DNA from: the human T2T-CHM13v2.0 reference genome, Homo sapiens
NCBI RefSeq assembly: GCF_009914755.1
Contig: NC_060940.1
Direction: 5' to 3' (one strand)
Length of the DNA: 64,000 nucleotides
In this document: piece by piece, positions 1 to 12,600 of the stretch
Numbering within the stretch: position 1 is the first letter of the stretch
Layout: every line of letters starts with the position of its first letter
The notes under the pieces: model-generated
What the model saw: only the letters and a program-made list of their open reading frames with translations
What the model was told of the DNA's origin: nothing
The model's database searches: none
Translations under genes and position numbers: made by a program

Positions 1-434
1 TGATTCCATTATATTCCATTCAACGGTGATTCCATTCGAGTCCATTCCATGATTCCATTAGAGTACATTTAATGATTGCTTTGTTTTCAATTCGAAGATG
101 ATTACATTGGATTCCATTCTATGATACCATTCGATTCCATTCAATGATGATTCCACTCAAATCCATTGGATGATTCCATTCGTGTCCATTCGGTGATTTC
201 ATTAGATTCCATTCGAGGATGATTCCATTCGATTCCATTCGATGATTCCATTCAATTCCATTCGATGATGATTCCATTCCAGTCCATATGATCATTCCAT
301 TTGATTTCATTCGATGATGATTCCATTCGATTCCATTCGATGATTCCATTCTATTCCATTCGATGATGATTCAATTCGAGTCCATTCGATGATTCCATTC
401 GAGTCCATTTAATGATTCCATTGGGTTCAATTCA

Positions 435-1215
435 ATGATGATTACATTGGATTCCGTTCTCTGATTCCATTCAATTCCGTTCATTGACAATTTGATTCCA
501 TTCGATGATGATTCCATTTGAGTTCATTCGATGATTCTATTCGATTCTCTTCGATGGTGATTCAATTCTATTATATTGGATGATTCCATTCGATTCCATT
601 TGATGTTGATTCAATTCGATTCTATTCGATGATGATTCCATTGGATTTCACTTGATGATTCTATTCGATTCCATTCAATGATGATTCACTTCTCGTCCAT
701 TGGATGATTCCATTTCATTCCATTCGATGATGATTCCATTCGATTCCATTCGATGATTCCATTTGATTCCATGCGACGGTGAGCAATTCGATTCAATTCC
801 ATGATGATTCTATTTGATTCAATTAGATGATGTTTCCATTCGAATCCATTCCATGATTATTCCATTGGAATCCATTTGGCGATGATTCCGTATGAGTCAA
901 TTCAATGATGATTCCATATGGGTCCGTTCGATGATAATTCCATTTGATTTCATTGGATGCTTCTATTCTATTCCAGTCGATGATGATTCCGTTGGAGTCC
1001 ATACGATGATTACATTTGATTTCATTTGATGATGATTCCATTCGATGATGATTACATTGGATTCCATTCTATGATTCCATTCAATTCCATTCGTTGATGA
1101 TTCGATTCCATTCAATGATGATTCCATTTGAGTTCATTCGATGATTCTATTCGATTCCGTTCGATGGTGATTCAATTCTCTTATATTGGATGATTCCACT
1201 CGATTCCATTTGATG
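435..1215 (+). repeat. Old internal direct repeat of ~170 bp (435-605 and 1,045-1,215; spacing 610 bp) inside the higher-order unit
   Basis: Both copies read ATGATGATTACATTGGATTCC...CCATTTGAGTTCATTCGATGATTCTATTCGATTC..TTCGATGGTGATTCAATTCT.TTATATTGGATGATTCCA with scattered mismatches. The pair recurs in every full copy of this module. Confidence 0.85.
815..825 (-). promoter_or_regulatory. Candidate DUX4-type paired-homeodomain site (TAATTGAATCA on the minus strand); recurs once per unit-start module
   Basis: + strand TGATTCAATTA at 815, 10,125, 12,380, 14,635, 16,890, 19,145, 21,400, 23,655, 33,537, 51,570, 56,042, 61,584 and 62,194; variant TGATTTAATTA at 43,520. It fits TAAT-N3-ATCA and has one mismatch to TAAYYYAATCA. 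DUX4 is known to bind and activate HSATII, but occupancy here is not shown. Confidence 0.3.
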
Positions 1216-3464
1216 ATTATTCCATTGGAGTCCACTTAGTGAATCCTTTAGATTCTACTCGAAGATGATTCCATTCGAGTCCATTCGATGATACCATTCA
1301 ATTCCATTCGTTGATGCTTCCATTCAAGTGCATTCGATGATATCATTCGATTCCATTTGATGATAATTCCATTTGATTCCATGCGATGATTCTATTCGAT
1401 TCCATTCAATGATAATTCCATTCAATTCAGTGATTCCTCTGGACTCCATTTGATGATGATTCCATTCAATGATTCCATTCGATTCTATTCGAAAATGATT
1501 CCATTTGAATCCATTTGATGACGATTCCATTCGATTCCATTCGACGATGATTCCATTCGATTCCATTTGATGATTCCATTCTATTCTATTCGATGATGAT
1601 TCCATTCGATTCCATTCGACGATGATTGGATTCGATTCCATTTGATGATTTCATTTGATTCCTTTCGTTAATGATTTCGATCAACTCCATTCGATGATTC
1701 CATTTGATTCCATTCGATAATGATTACATCCGAGTCCATTCGATGATTCCATTTGAGCCCGTTCGATAATTCCATTTGAGTCCAATCAATGATTCCATTC
1801 ATTTCCATTCAATGATTCCATTCGAGTCCATTTGATCATTCTGGTAGGGTCCGTTCGATGTTGATTCCATTGGAGTGCATTCGATGATTCCATTCGAGTC
1901 CATTTTATGATTTGATTCGAGTCCTTTCGATGATTCCATTCGATTCCACTCGATGATGATTTCATTCGAGTCCATTCGACACTTTCAATCGATTCCATTT
2001 GATGATTCCATTCGAGTCCAATTGATGATTCCATTCAATTCCATTCGATGATGATTCCGTACGATTCCATTCTGTGATGATTCCATGTGATTGCATTCAA
2101 TGATGATTCCTTTCGACTGCATTCGATTATGATTCATTTCGTGTTCATTCTATGGTTCCACAGGTTTCCATTCGATGACGTTTCCGTTCGTGTCCATTCC
2201 ATTATTCCATTCTATTTCATTTGATGATGATTCCATTCGATTCCATTCATTGGTGATTCCACTCAATTCCATTCAATGATTCCATTCCATTTCTTTCAAC
2301 AATGATTCCATTAGTTTCTATTCGATGATCCACTTGATTCCATTTGGCGATGATTCCATTCGTGTCCATTTGATGATTCCATTTGATTCCATATGATGAT
2401 GATTCCATTCGATTCCATACCATGATGATTCCATTCGAGTCCATTCAATGGTGATTCCATTCAATTCCATTCGATGATTCCTTCCGATTCCATTCGATGA
2501 TGATGGCATTCGATTCCTTTCAATCATTCCCTTTGATTCCATTCAAAGGTGATTTCATTCAAGTCCATTCGATAATTGCATTCGATTCCATTCTATGATG
2601 ATTCCATTCGAGTCCATTTGATGATTCCATTCAATTCAAGTCAATGATGATTCCATTCGATTCCATTCGATGATTCCATTGGATTCCATTCGATGATGAT
2701 TCCATTCAAATCCATTCGATAATTCAATTCAAGTCCATTCGATGATGATTCCAATCGAATCCATTCAAAGATTCCATTCAATTCCATTCGATGATGATTC
2801 CCTTAGATTCCATTCGATGATTCCACTTGATTCCATTTACGATGATTCCATTCGATTCCATGTGATGAATCCATTCAATTCTATTCAATGATGTTTCCAT
2901 TTGATTCCATTGGACCATGATTGCCTTTGATTCCATTCAATGATTCCATTCGGTTCCATTTGATGATGATTCCGTTCTATTCCATTTGATGATTCCATTT
3001 GATTCCATTGGATGAGTCCATTCGATTACATTCGATGATTATTCCATTCGAGTGCATTAGATGATTGCATTCGAGTCCATTCGATGATTCCATTCGATTC
3101 CATTCGATGTTGATTCTGTTCAAATCCATTCGATGATTCCACTCGATTCCATTCGATGACTCCATTTGATCCCATTCGATGATTTCCTGTGATTCCCTTT
3201 GATGATCATTCTATTTGATTCAATTCGGTGATTTCATTTCATTCCATTCAGTGATGTTTCCATTCGACTGTATTCGATGATGATTCCATTCGACTCCATT
3301 CGATTATGATTTCATTCAATTCCATTCAATAATGATTCCCTTCGAGTCCATTCGATGATTCCATTCGATTCCATTCAACGATGATTTGATTCGTTTCCAT
3401 TCGATGATTCCATTTGATTCCACTTGATGATGATTCCATTCGAGTCCATTTGATGATTCCATTC

Positions 3465-5295
3465 GAGTCTATTTATGTATTATATTCGTGTCCACTTCAT
3501 GATTCCATTCAATTCCATTTAATGTTGATTCCATTTGATTCCATTTGATGATTCAGTTCGATTCCTTGCAATGATTCCCTACGATTCCTTTCTATGATGA
3601 TTCCATTCGATTCCATTCATTGATGATTTCATTCGACTCCATTCGATGATGATTCCTTTCGATTCCATTTGACGATGTTTCCATTCGAGTCCATTTGATG
3701 ATGATTCTATTCAATTCTGTTCTATTATGATTCCATTCGATTTCATTCAATGCTTCTCTTTGATTCCATTCGATGATGATTCCATCTCTTTCCCTTCGAT
3801 GATTCCATTTGATTCCATTCAGTGATGATTCCATTTGATTCCATCTGATGATGATTTCACTTGATTCCTTTCAATGATGATTCAATTCAAGTCCATTCGA
3901 TGATTCCATTGGAGTCCAAACGATCATTCCGTTCGATTCCATTCAATGGTGATTCCATTCATGTCCATTCGATGAATCCATTCAATTCCATTCGATGATG
4001 ACTCCATTCGAGTACATTCGATGATTCCATTTGATTCCATTTGAAGATGATTCCATTCAATTCCATTCGAAGATGATTCCATTCAATTCCATTCGATGAT
4101 GATTCCGTATGAATCCATTCTCTGATTATTCCATTCGATTCCATTCATTGACGATTCCATTCAATTCCATTCAATGATGATTCTCTTCTATTCCATTCGA
4201 TGATTCCGGTCGATTCCATTCGATGATGATTCCATTAGATTCCATTCGATTGTTGCATTCGATTCCCTTCGATGATGATTCCTTTGAATTCCATTCGATT
4301 ATCATTCCGTATGAATCCATTTGATGATTATTCCATTGGATTCCTTTCGATGATGATTCCATTCGATTCCATTTGATGATGTTTCTCTTGTATTCCATTG
4401 GATAATTCCTTTCAGTTCCCTTCGATGATTATTCTTTCGAGTCAATTCGATGATTCTATTCCATTCCCTTCGATGATGATTCCATTTCACTCCATTTGAT
4501 GATTCCATTCGACTCAATTTGGTGATGATTCAATTCGATGACATTCGATGACTCCATTCAATTTCATTTGATGATGATTACATTCGAGTCCATTTGATGA
4601 TTGTATTCCTTTCCTTTTGATGATTATTCCATTCGTGTCTATTCAAAGATTCCATTCTATTCCATTCAATGATGATTGCATTTGATTCCATTCAATGATT
4701 ATGGCTATCGATTCCACTCGTTGATTCCATTTGATTCCGTTCGATGATTATTCCGTTAGATTCCATTAGAAGATTCCATTCGATTTTATTCAATGATTCC
4801 AATGGATTCCATTCAATGATGATTCCATTCGACTCCATTCAGTGATTCCATTCGAGTCCTTTTGATGATTCCATTCTTTTCCATTTGATGATGATTCCAT
4901 TAGGGTCCATTCAATGATTCCATTCGAGTCCATTCGTTAATGCCTTTCGAGTCCTTTTGATCACTACATTCGAGTCCATTCAATGATTCTATTCGATTCC
5001 ATTCCATGATGATTCCATTCGAGTTCATTCGATGATTGCATTCGAGTCCATTTGATGATTCCATATGATTCCCTTCGACAATGATTCCATTCGTGTCCAT
5101 TTGATGATTCCATTCATTTCCTATCGATGAAGATTCCATTCAAGTGTATTCGATGATTCCATTCAAATCCATTCGATGATGATTCCATTCCAGTCCATTC
5201 GATCATTCCACTTGATTCCATTTGATGACTATTCCATTCAAATCCATTTGATGATTCCATTCTATTCCATTCGATGTTACCATTCGAGTATATAC
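3465..5295 (+). repeat. ~1.83-kb HSat2 module 'X', copy 1 (not part of the 6,112-bp unit)
   Basis: Starts GAGTCTATTTATGTATTATATTCGTG and ends GAGTATATAC. Private landmarks include GGAGTCCAAACGATC, TTCCGGTCG and ATGGCTATCG. Absent from 42,766-50,815 and 55,288-60,829. Confidence 0.85.
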
Positions 5296-8200
5296 GATGA
5301 TTCCACTCGATTCCATTTGATGATTATTCCATTGGAGTCCACTTAGTGAATCCTTTAGATTCTACTGGAAGATGATTCCATTCGAGTCCATTCGATGATA
5401 CCATTCAATTCCATTCGTTGATGCTTCCATTCAAGTGCATTCGATGATATCATTCGATTCCATTTGATGATAATTCCATTTGATTCCATGCGATGATTCT
5501 ATTCGATTCCATTCAATGATAATTCCATTCAATTCAGTGATTCCTCTGGACTCCATTTGATGATGATTCCATTCAATGATTCCATTCGATTCTATTCGAA
5601 AATGATTCCATTTGAATCCATTTGATGATGATTCCATTGGATTCCATTTGATGATTCCATTCGATTCCATTCGATGATGATTCCATTCGATTCCTTTTGA
5701 TGAATCCATTCTATTGTATTCGATGATGATTCCATTCGATTCCATTCGATGATGATTGGATTCGATTCCATTTGATGATTTCATTTGATTCCATTCGATA
5801 ATGATTTCGATCAATTCCATTCGATGATTCCATTCGATTCCATTCGATAATGATTACATCCGAGTCCATTCGATGATTCCATTTGAGCCCGTTCGATAAT
5901 TCCATTTGAGTCCAATCAATGATTCCATTCATTTCCATTCAATGATTCCATTCGAGTCCATTTGATCATTCCGGTAGGGTCCGTTCGATGTTGATTCCAT
6001 TGGAGTGCATTCGATGATTCCATTCGAGTCCATTTTAGGATTTGATTCGAGTCCTTTCGATGATTCCATTCGATTCCACTCGATGATTTCATTCGAGTCC
6101 ATTCGACACTTCCAATCGATTCCATTTGATGTTTCCATTCGATTCCAATTGATGATTCCATTCAATTCCATTCGATGATGATTCCGTACGATTCCATTCT
6201 GTGATGATTCCATGTGATTGCATTCAATGATGATTCCTTTCGATTGCATTCGATTATGATTCATTTCGTGTTCATTCTATGGTTCCACAGGTTTCCATTC
6301 GATGATGTTTCCATTCGTGTCCATTCCATTATTCCATTCTATTCCATTTGAAGATGATTCCATTCGATTCCATTCATTGGTGATTCCACTCAATTCCATT
6401 CAATGATTCCATTCCATTTCTTTCAACAATGATTCCATTAGTTTCTATTCGATGATCCACTTGATTCCATTTGACGATGATTCCATTCATGTCCATTCGA
6501 TGATTCCATTTGATTCCATATGATGATGATTCCATTCGATTCCATACGATGATGATTCCATTCGAGTCCATTCAATGGTGATTCCATTCAATTCCATTCG
6601 ATGATTCCTTTCGATTCCATTCAATGATGATGGCATTCGATTCCTTTCGATCATTCCCTTTGATTCCATTCAAAGGTGATTTCATTCAAGTCCATTCGAT
6701 AATTGCATTCGATTCCATTCTATGATGATTCCATTCGAGTCCATTTGATGATTCCATTCAATTCAAGTCAATGATGATTCCATTCGATTCCACTCGATGA
6801 TTCCATTGGATTCCATTCGATGATGATTCCATTAAAATCCATTCGATAATTCAATTCAAGTCCATTCGATGATGATTCCAATCGAATCCATTCAAAGATT
6901 CCAGTCAATTCCATTCGATGATGATTCCCTTAGATTCCATTCGATGATTCCACTTGATTCCATTTACGATGATTCCATTCGATTCCATGTGATGAATCCA
7001 TTCAATTCTATTCAATGATGTTTCCACTTGATTCCATTCGAACATGATTGCCTTTGATTCCATTCAATGATTCCATACGGTTCCATTTGATGATGATTCC
7101 ATTCGAGTGCATTAGATGATTCCATTCGAGTCCATTCGATGATTCCATTCGATTCCATTCGATGTTGATTCTGTTCAAATCCATTTGATGATTCCACTCG
7201 ATTCCATTCGATGACTCCAGTTGATCCCATTCGATGATTTCCTTTGATTCCCTTTGATGATCATTCCATTTGATTCAATTCGGTGATTTCATTTGATTCC
7301 ATTCAGTGATGTTTCCATTCAACTCCTTTCGATGATGATTCCATTCGACTCCATTCGATTATGATTTCATTCAATTCCATTCGATAATGATTCCATTCAA
7401 GTCCATTCGATGATTCCATTCGATTCCATTCAACGATGATTTGATTTGTGTCCATTCGATGATTCCATTCGATTCCATTTGATGATGATTCCATTCGAGT
7501 CCCTTTGATGATTCCATTCAATTCCATTCTCCGATGATTTCTTTTGAGCCCATTCAATGCTTCCACTCGATTCCATATGATGATGACTCCATTTGATGAA
7601 ATTCCATGATGATTCCATTTGCTTGCATTCGATGATGATTCCACTTGAGTCCGTTAGAAGATTCTATTCAATTACATTCCATGACGATTCTGTTCGAGTC
7701 CATTTGATGATTCCATTAGACTCCATTCGACGATGATTCCATTCGATGTTATTCGATGATGATTCCATTCAACTCCATTCGATGTTTCCATTCGAGTTCA
7801 TTCTATTATTCCATTAGATTCCATTCGATGATGATTCCATTCGATTCCATTTGATGATTGCATTCTATTTCATTTGATGATGATTCCATTCGAGTCCATT
7901 CGATGATTCCATTCGAGTCCATTTAATGAATCCATTGGTTTCAATTCTATGATGATTACATTGGATTCCATTCGTTGATGATTTCATTCGATTCCATTCA
8001 ATGATGGTTCCATTCAATTCCATTCAATGATTCCACTCAATTCCATACGATGATGATTCCATTTGATTTGATTCGACAGTGAGCCATTCGATTCAATTCC
8101 ATGATGACTCTATTTGATTCAATTGGTTGACATTTCCATTCGATTCCATTCGATGATGATTCCATTTGATTCCATTCAAAGATGATTCCATTCTAGCCCA

Positions 8201-9672
8201 TTCAATCATTCCATTCGATTCTATTCAATGATGATTCCATTCATGTCGATTTGGTGATTCCATTTGACTTCATTTGATGATGATTCCTTTCAAGTTCATT
8301 AGATGATTCCATTCGATTCCATTTGATGATGATCCCATTCGAGTCCATTCAGTGATTCCACTCGTTTCCATTCCATGATGATTCCATTCCATTCCATTCA
8401 ATGATTCCATTCGATTCCGTTTGATGATGATTTCATTCGAGTCCATTTGATGATTCCATTTGATTCCATTCGATGATGATTACATTCGAGTCCATACGAT
8501 GATTCCACTCAATTCCATATGATGATGATTCCATTCGATTCCATTCGATGATTCCATTCTATTCTATTCAATGGCGATTCCATTCGAGTACATTAGGTGA
8601 TTCCATTCGATTCCATTCAATGATGATTCTATTTGTGTCCCTTAGATGGTTCCACATGATTCCATTTCATGATGATACTATTTGAGCCCATCCAATGATT
8701 CCCTTCGATTCCATTCGATGAGGATTCCATTCGATTCAATTCATTGGTGATTCTATTCAATTCAATTCTTTGATTCAATTCCATTCCATTCGACAATGAT
8801 TCCATTCGATTTCTTTCGATGATTCCACTCGATTCCACTTGACATTGATTCCATTCGATTCCATTCAATGATTCCGTTTGATTCCAGTGGATGATGATTG
8901 CCATCGATTCCATTCGATCACTCCATTCTATTCCATTTGATGATGATTACATTCGATTCCATTTGATGATTCCATCTGATTCTATTCGAGGATTCCATTT
9001 GATTCCATTCGATGATGATTCCATTCGAGTGCATTCGATGATTTCATTCGAGTACATCCAATGATTCCATTCGAGTCCATTTGATGATTCCATTTAATTC
9101 CATTTGATTATGATTCTACTAGAGTCCATTCAATGACTCCATTCGAATCCATTCAACAATTCCATTCGAGGCCATTCGATGATTCCATTTCATGATTCCA
9201 TTCGAGTCCATTTAATCATTACAGTCGAGTCCATTTGGTGATTCCTTTCAATTCCATTCTATGATGATTCCATTCGAGTCCATTCGATGATTCCATTCGA
9301 TTGCATTCGATGATTCCATTATATTCCATTCAACAATGATTCCATTCGAGTCCATTCGATGATTCCATTAGAGTACATTTAATGATTGCTTTGTTTTCAA
9401 TTCGAAGATGATTACATTGGATTCCATTCTATGATACCATTCGATTCCATTCAATGATGATTCCACTCAAATCCATTGGATGATTCCATTCGTGTCCATT
9501 CGGTGATTTCATTAGATTCCATTCGAGGATGATTCCATTCGATTCCATTCGATGATTCCATTCAATTCCATTCGATGATGATTCCATTCCAGTCCATATG
9601 ATCATTCCATTTGATTTCATTCGATGATGATTCCATTCGATTCCATTCGATGATTCCATTCTATTCCATTCG

Positions 9673-12600
9673 ATGATGATTCCATTCGAGTCCATTCGAT
9701 GATTCCATTCGAGTCCATTTAATGATTCCATTGGGTTCAATTCAATGATGATTACATTGGATTCCGTTCTATGATTCCATTCAATTCCGTTCATTGACAA
9801 TTTGATTCCATTCGATGATGATTCCATTTGAGTTCATTCGATGATTCTATTTGATTCTCTTCGATGGTGATTCAATTCTATTATATTGGATGATTCCATT
9901 CGATTCCATTTGATGTTGATTCAATTCGATTCTATTCGATGATGATTCCATTGGATTTCACTTGATGATTCTATTCGATTCCATTCAATGATGATTCACT
10001 TCTCGTCCATTGGATGATTCCATTTCATTCCATTCGACGATGATTCCATTCGATTCCATTCGATGATTCCATTTGATTCCATGCGTCGGTGAGCAATTCG
10101 ATTCAATTCCATGATGATTCTATTTGATTCAATTAGATGATGTTTCCATTCGAATCCATTCCATGATTATTCCATTGGAATCCATTCGGCGATGATTCCA
10201 TATGAGTCAATTCAATGATGATTCCATATGGGTCCGTTCGATGATAATTCCATTTGATTTCATTCGGTGCTTCTATTCAATTCCAGTCGATGATGATTCC
10301 GTTGGAGTCCATACGATGATTCCATTTGATTTCATTTGATGATGATTCCATTCGATGATGATTACATTGGATTCCATTCTATGATTCCATTCAATTCCAT
10401 TCGTTGATGATTCGATTCCATTCAATGATGATTCCATTTGAGTTCATTCGATGATTCTATTCGATTCCGTTCGATGGTGATTCAATTCTCTTATATTGGA
10501 TGAATCCACTCGATTCCATTTGATGATTATTCCATTGGAGTCCACTTAGTGAATCCTTCAGATTCTACTCGAAGATGATTCCATTCCAGTCCATTCGATG
10601 ATACCATTCAATTCCATTCGTTGATGCTTCCATTCAAGTGCATTCGATGATATCATTCGATTCCATTTGATGATAATTCCATTTGATTCCATGCGATGAT
10701 TCTATTCGATTCCATTCAATGATAATTCCATTCAGTTCAGTGATTCCTCTGGACTCCATTTGATGATGATTCCATTCAATGATTCCATTCGATTCTATTC
10801 GAAAATGATTCCATTTGAATCCATTTGATGATGATTCCATTAGATTCCATTTGATGATTCCATTCGATTCCATGCGACGATGATTCCATTCGATTCCATT
10901 TGATGATTCCATTCTATTCTATTCGATGATGATTCCATTCGATTCCATTCGATGATGATTGGATTTGATTCCATTTGATGATTTCATTTGATTCCATTCG
11001 TTAATGATTTCGATCAATTCCATTCGATGATTCCATTCGATTCCATTCGATAATGATTACATCCGTGTCCATTCAATGATTCCATTTGAGCCTGTTCGAT
11101 AATTCCATTTGATTCCAACCAATGATTCCATTCATTTCCATTCAATGATTCCATTCGAGTCCATTTGATCATTCCGGTAGGGTCCATTCGATGTTGATTC
11201 CATTGGAGTGCATTCGATGATTCCATTCGAGTCCATTTTAGGATTTGATTCGAGTCCTTTCGATGATTCCATTCGATTCCACTCGATGATGATTTCATTC
11301 GAGTCCATTCGACACTTCCAATCGATTCCATTTGATGTTTCCATTCGATTCCAATTGATGATTCCATTCAATTCCATTCGATGATGATTCCGTACGATTC
11401 CATTCTGTGATGATTCCATGTGATTGCATTCAATGATGATTCCTTTCGATTGCATTCGATTATGATTCATTTCGTGTTCATTCTATGGTTCCACAGGTTT
11501 CCATTCGATGATGTTTCCACTCGTGTCCATTCCATTATTCCTTTCTATTCCATTTGAAGATGATTCCATTCGATTCCATTCATTGGTGATTCCACTCAAT
11601 TCCATTCAATGATTCCATTCCATTTCTTTCAACAATGATTCCATTAGTTTCTATTCGATGATCCACTTGATTCCATTTGACGATGATTCCATTCGTGTCC
11701 ATTCGATGATTCCATTTGATTCCATATGATGATGATTCCATTCGATTCCATACGATGATGATTCCATTCGAGTCCATTCAATGGTGATTCCATTCAATTC
11801 CATTCGATGATTCCTTTCGATTCCATTCAATGATGATGGCATTCGATTCCTTTCGATCATTCCCTTTGATTCCATTCAAAGGTGATTTCATTCAAGTCCA
11901 TTCGATAATTGCATTCGATTCCATTCTATGATGATTCCATTCGAGTCCATTCGATGATTCCATTCGAGTCCATTTAATGATTCCATTGGGTTCAATTCAA
12001 TGATGATTACATTGGATTCCGTTCTATGATTCCATTCAATTCCGTTCATTGACAATTTGATTCCATTCGATGATGATTCCATTTGAGTTCATTCGATGAT
12101 TCTATTTGATTCTCTTCGATGGTGATTCAATTCTATTATATTGGATGATTCCATTCGATTCCATTTGATGTTGATTCAATTCGATTCTATTCGATGATGA
12201 TTCCATTGGATTTCACTTGATGATTCTATTCGATTCCATTCAATGATGATTCACTTCTCGTCCATTGGATGATTCCATTTCATTCCATTCGACGATGATT
12301 CCATTCGATTCCATTCGATGATTCCATTTGATTCCATGCGTCGGTGAGCAATTCGATTCAATTCCATGATGATTCTATTTGATTCAATTAGATGATGTTT
12401 CCATTCGAATCCATTCCATGATTATTCCATTGGAATCCATTCGGCGATGATTCCATATGAGTCAATTCAATGATGATTCCATATGGGTCCGTTCGATGAT
12501 AATTCCATTTGATTTCATTCGGTGCTTCTATTCAATTCCAGTCGATGATGATTCCGTTGGAGTCCATACGATGATTCCATTTGATTTCATTTGATGATGA

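Larger units (their letters stand above)
61..9370 (+). repeat. Composite ~10-kb higher-order unit, copy 1 (9,310 bp = 9,983 minus a 23-bp and a 650-bp deletion)
   Basis: Landmark GAGTACATTTAATGATTGCTTTGTTTTCAATTCGAAG at 61 and 9,371. Colinear with 32,783-42,765. There is a 23-bp loss near 1,520 and a 650-bp loss near 9,245. Confidence 0.85.

Noticed and set aside
3465-3495. AT-rich TATTTATGTATTATATT as a TATA-like promoter or insertion scar
   Set aside because: It can be read as a heavily mutated monomer. There is no target-site duplication, poly(A) tail or downstream non-satellite sequence.
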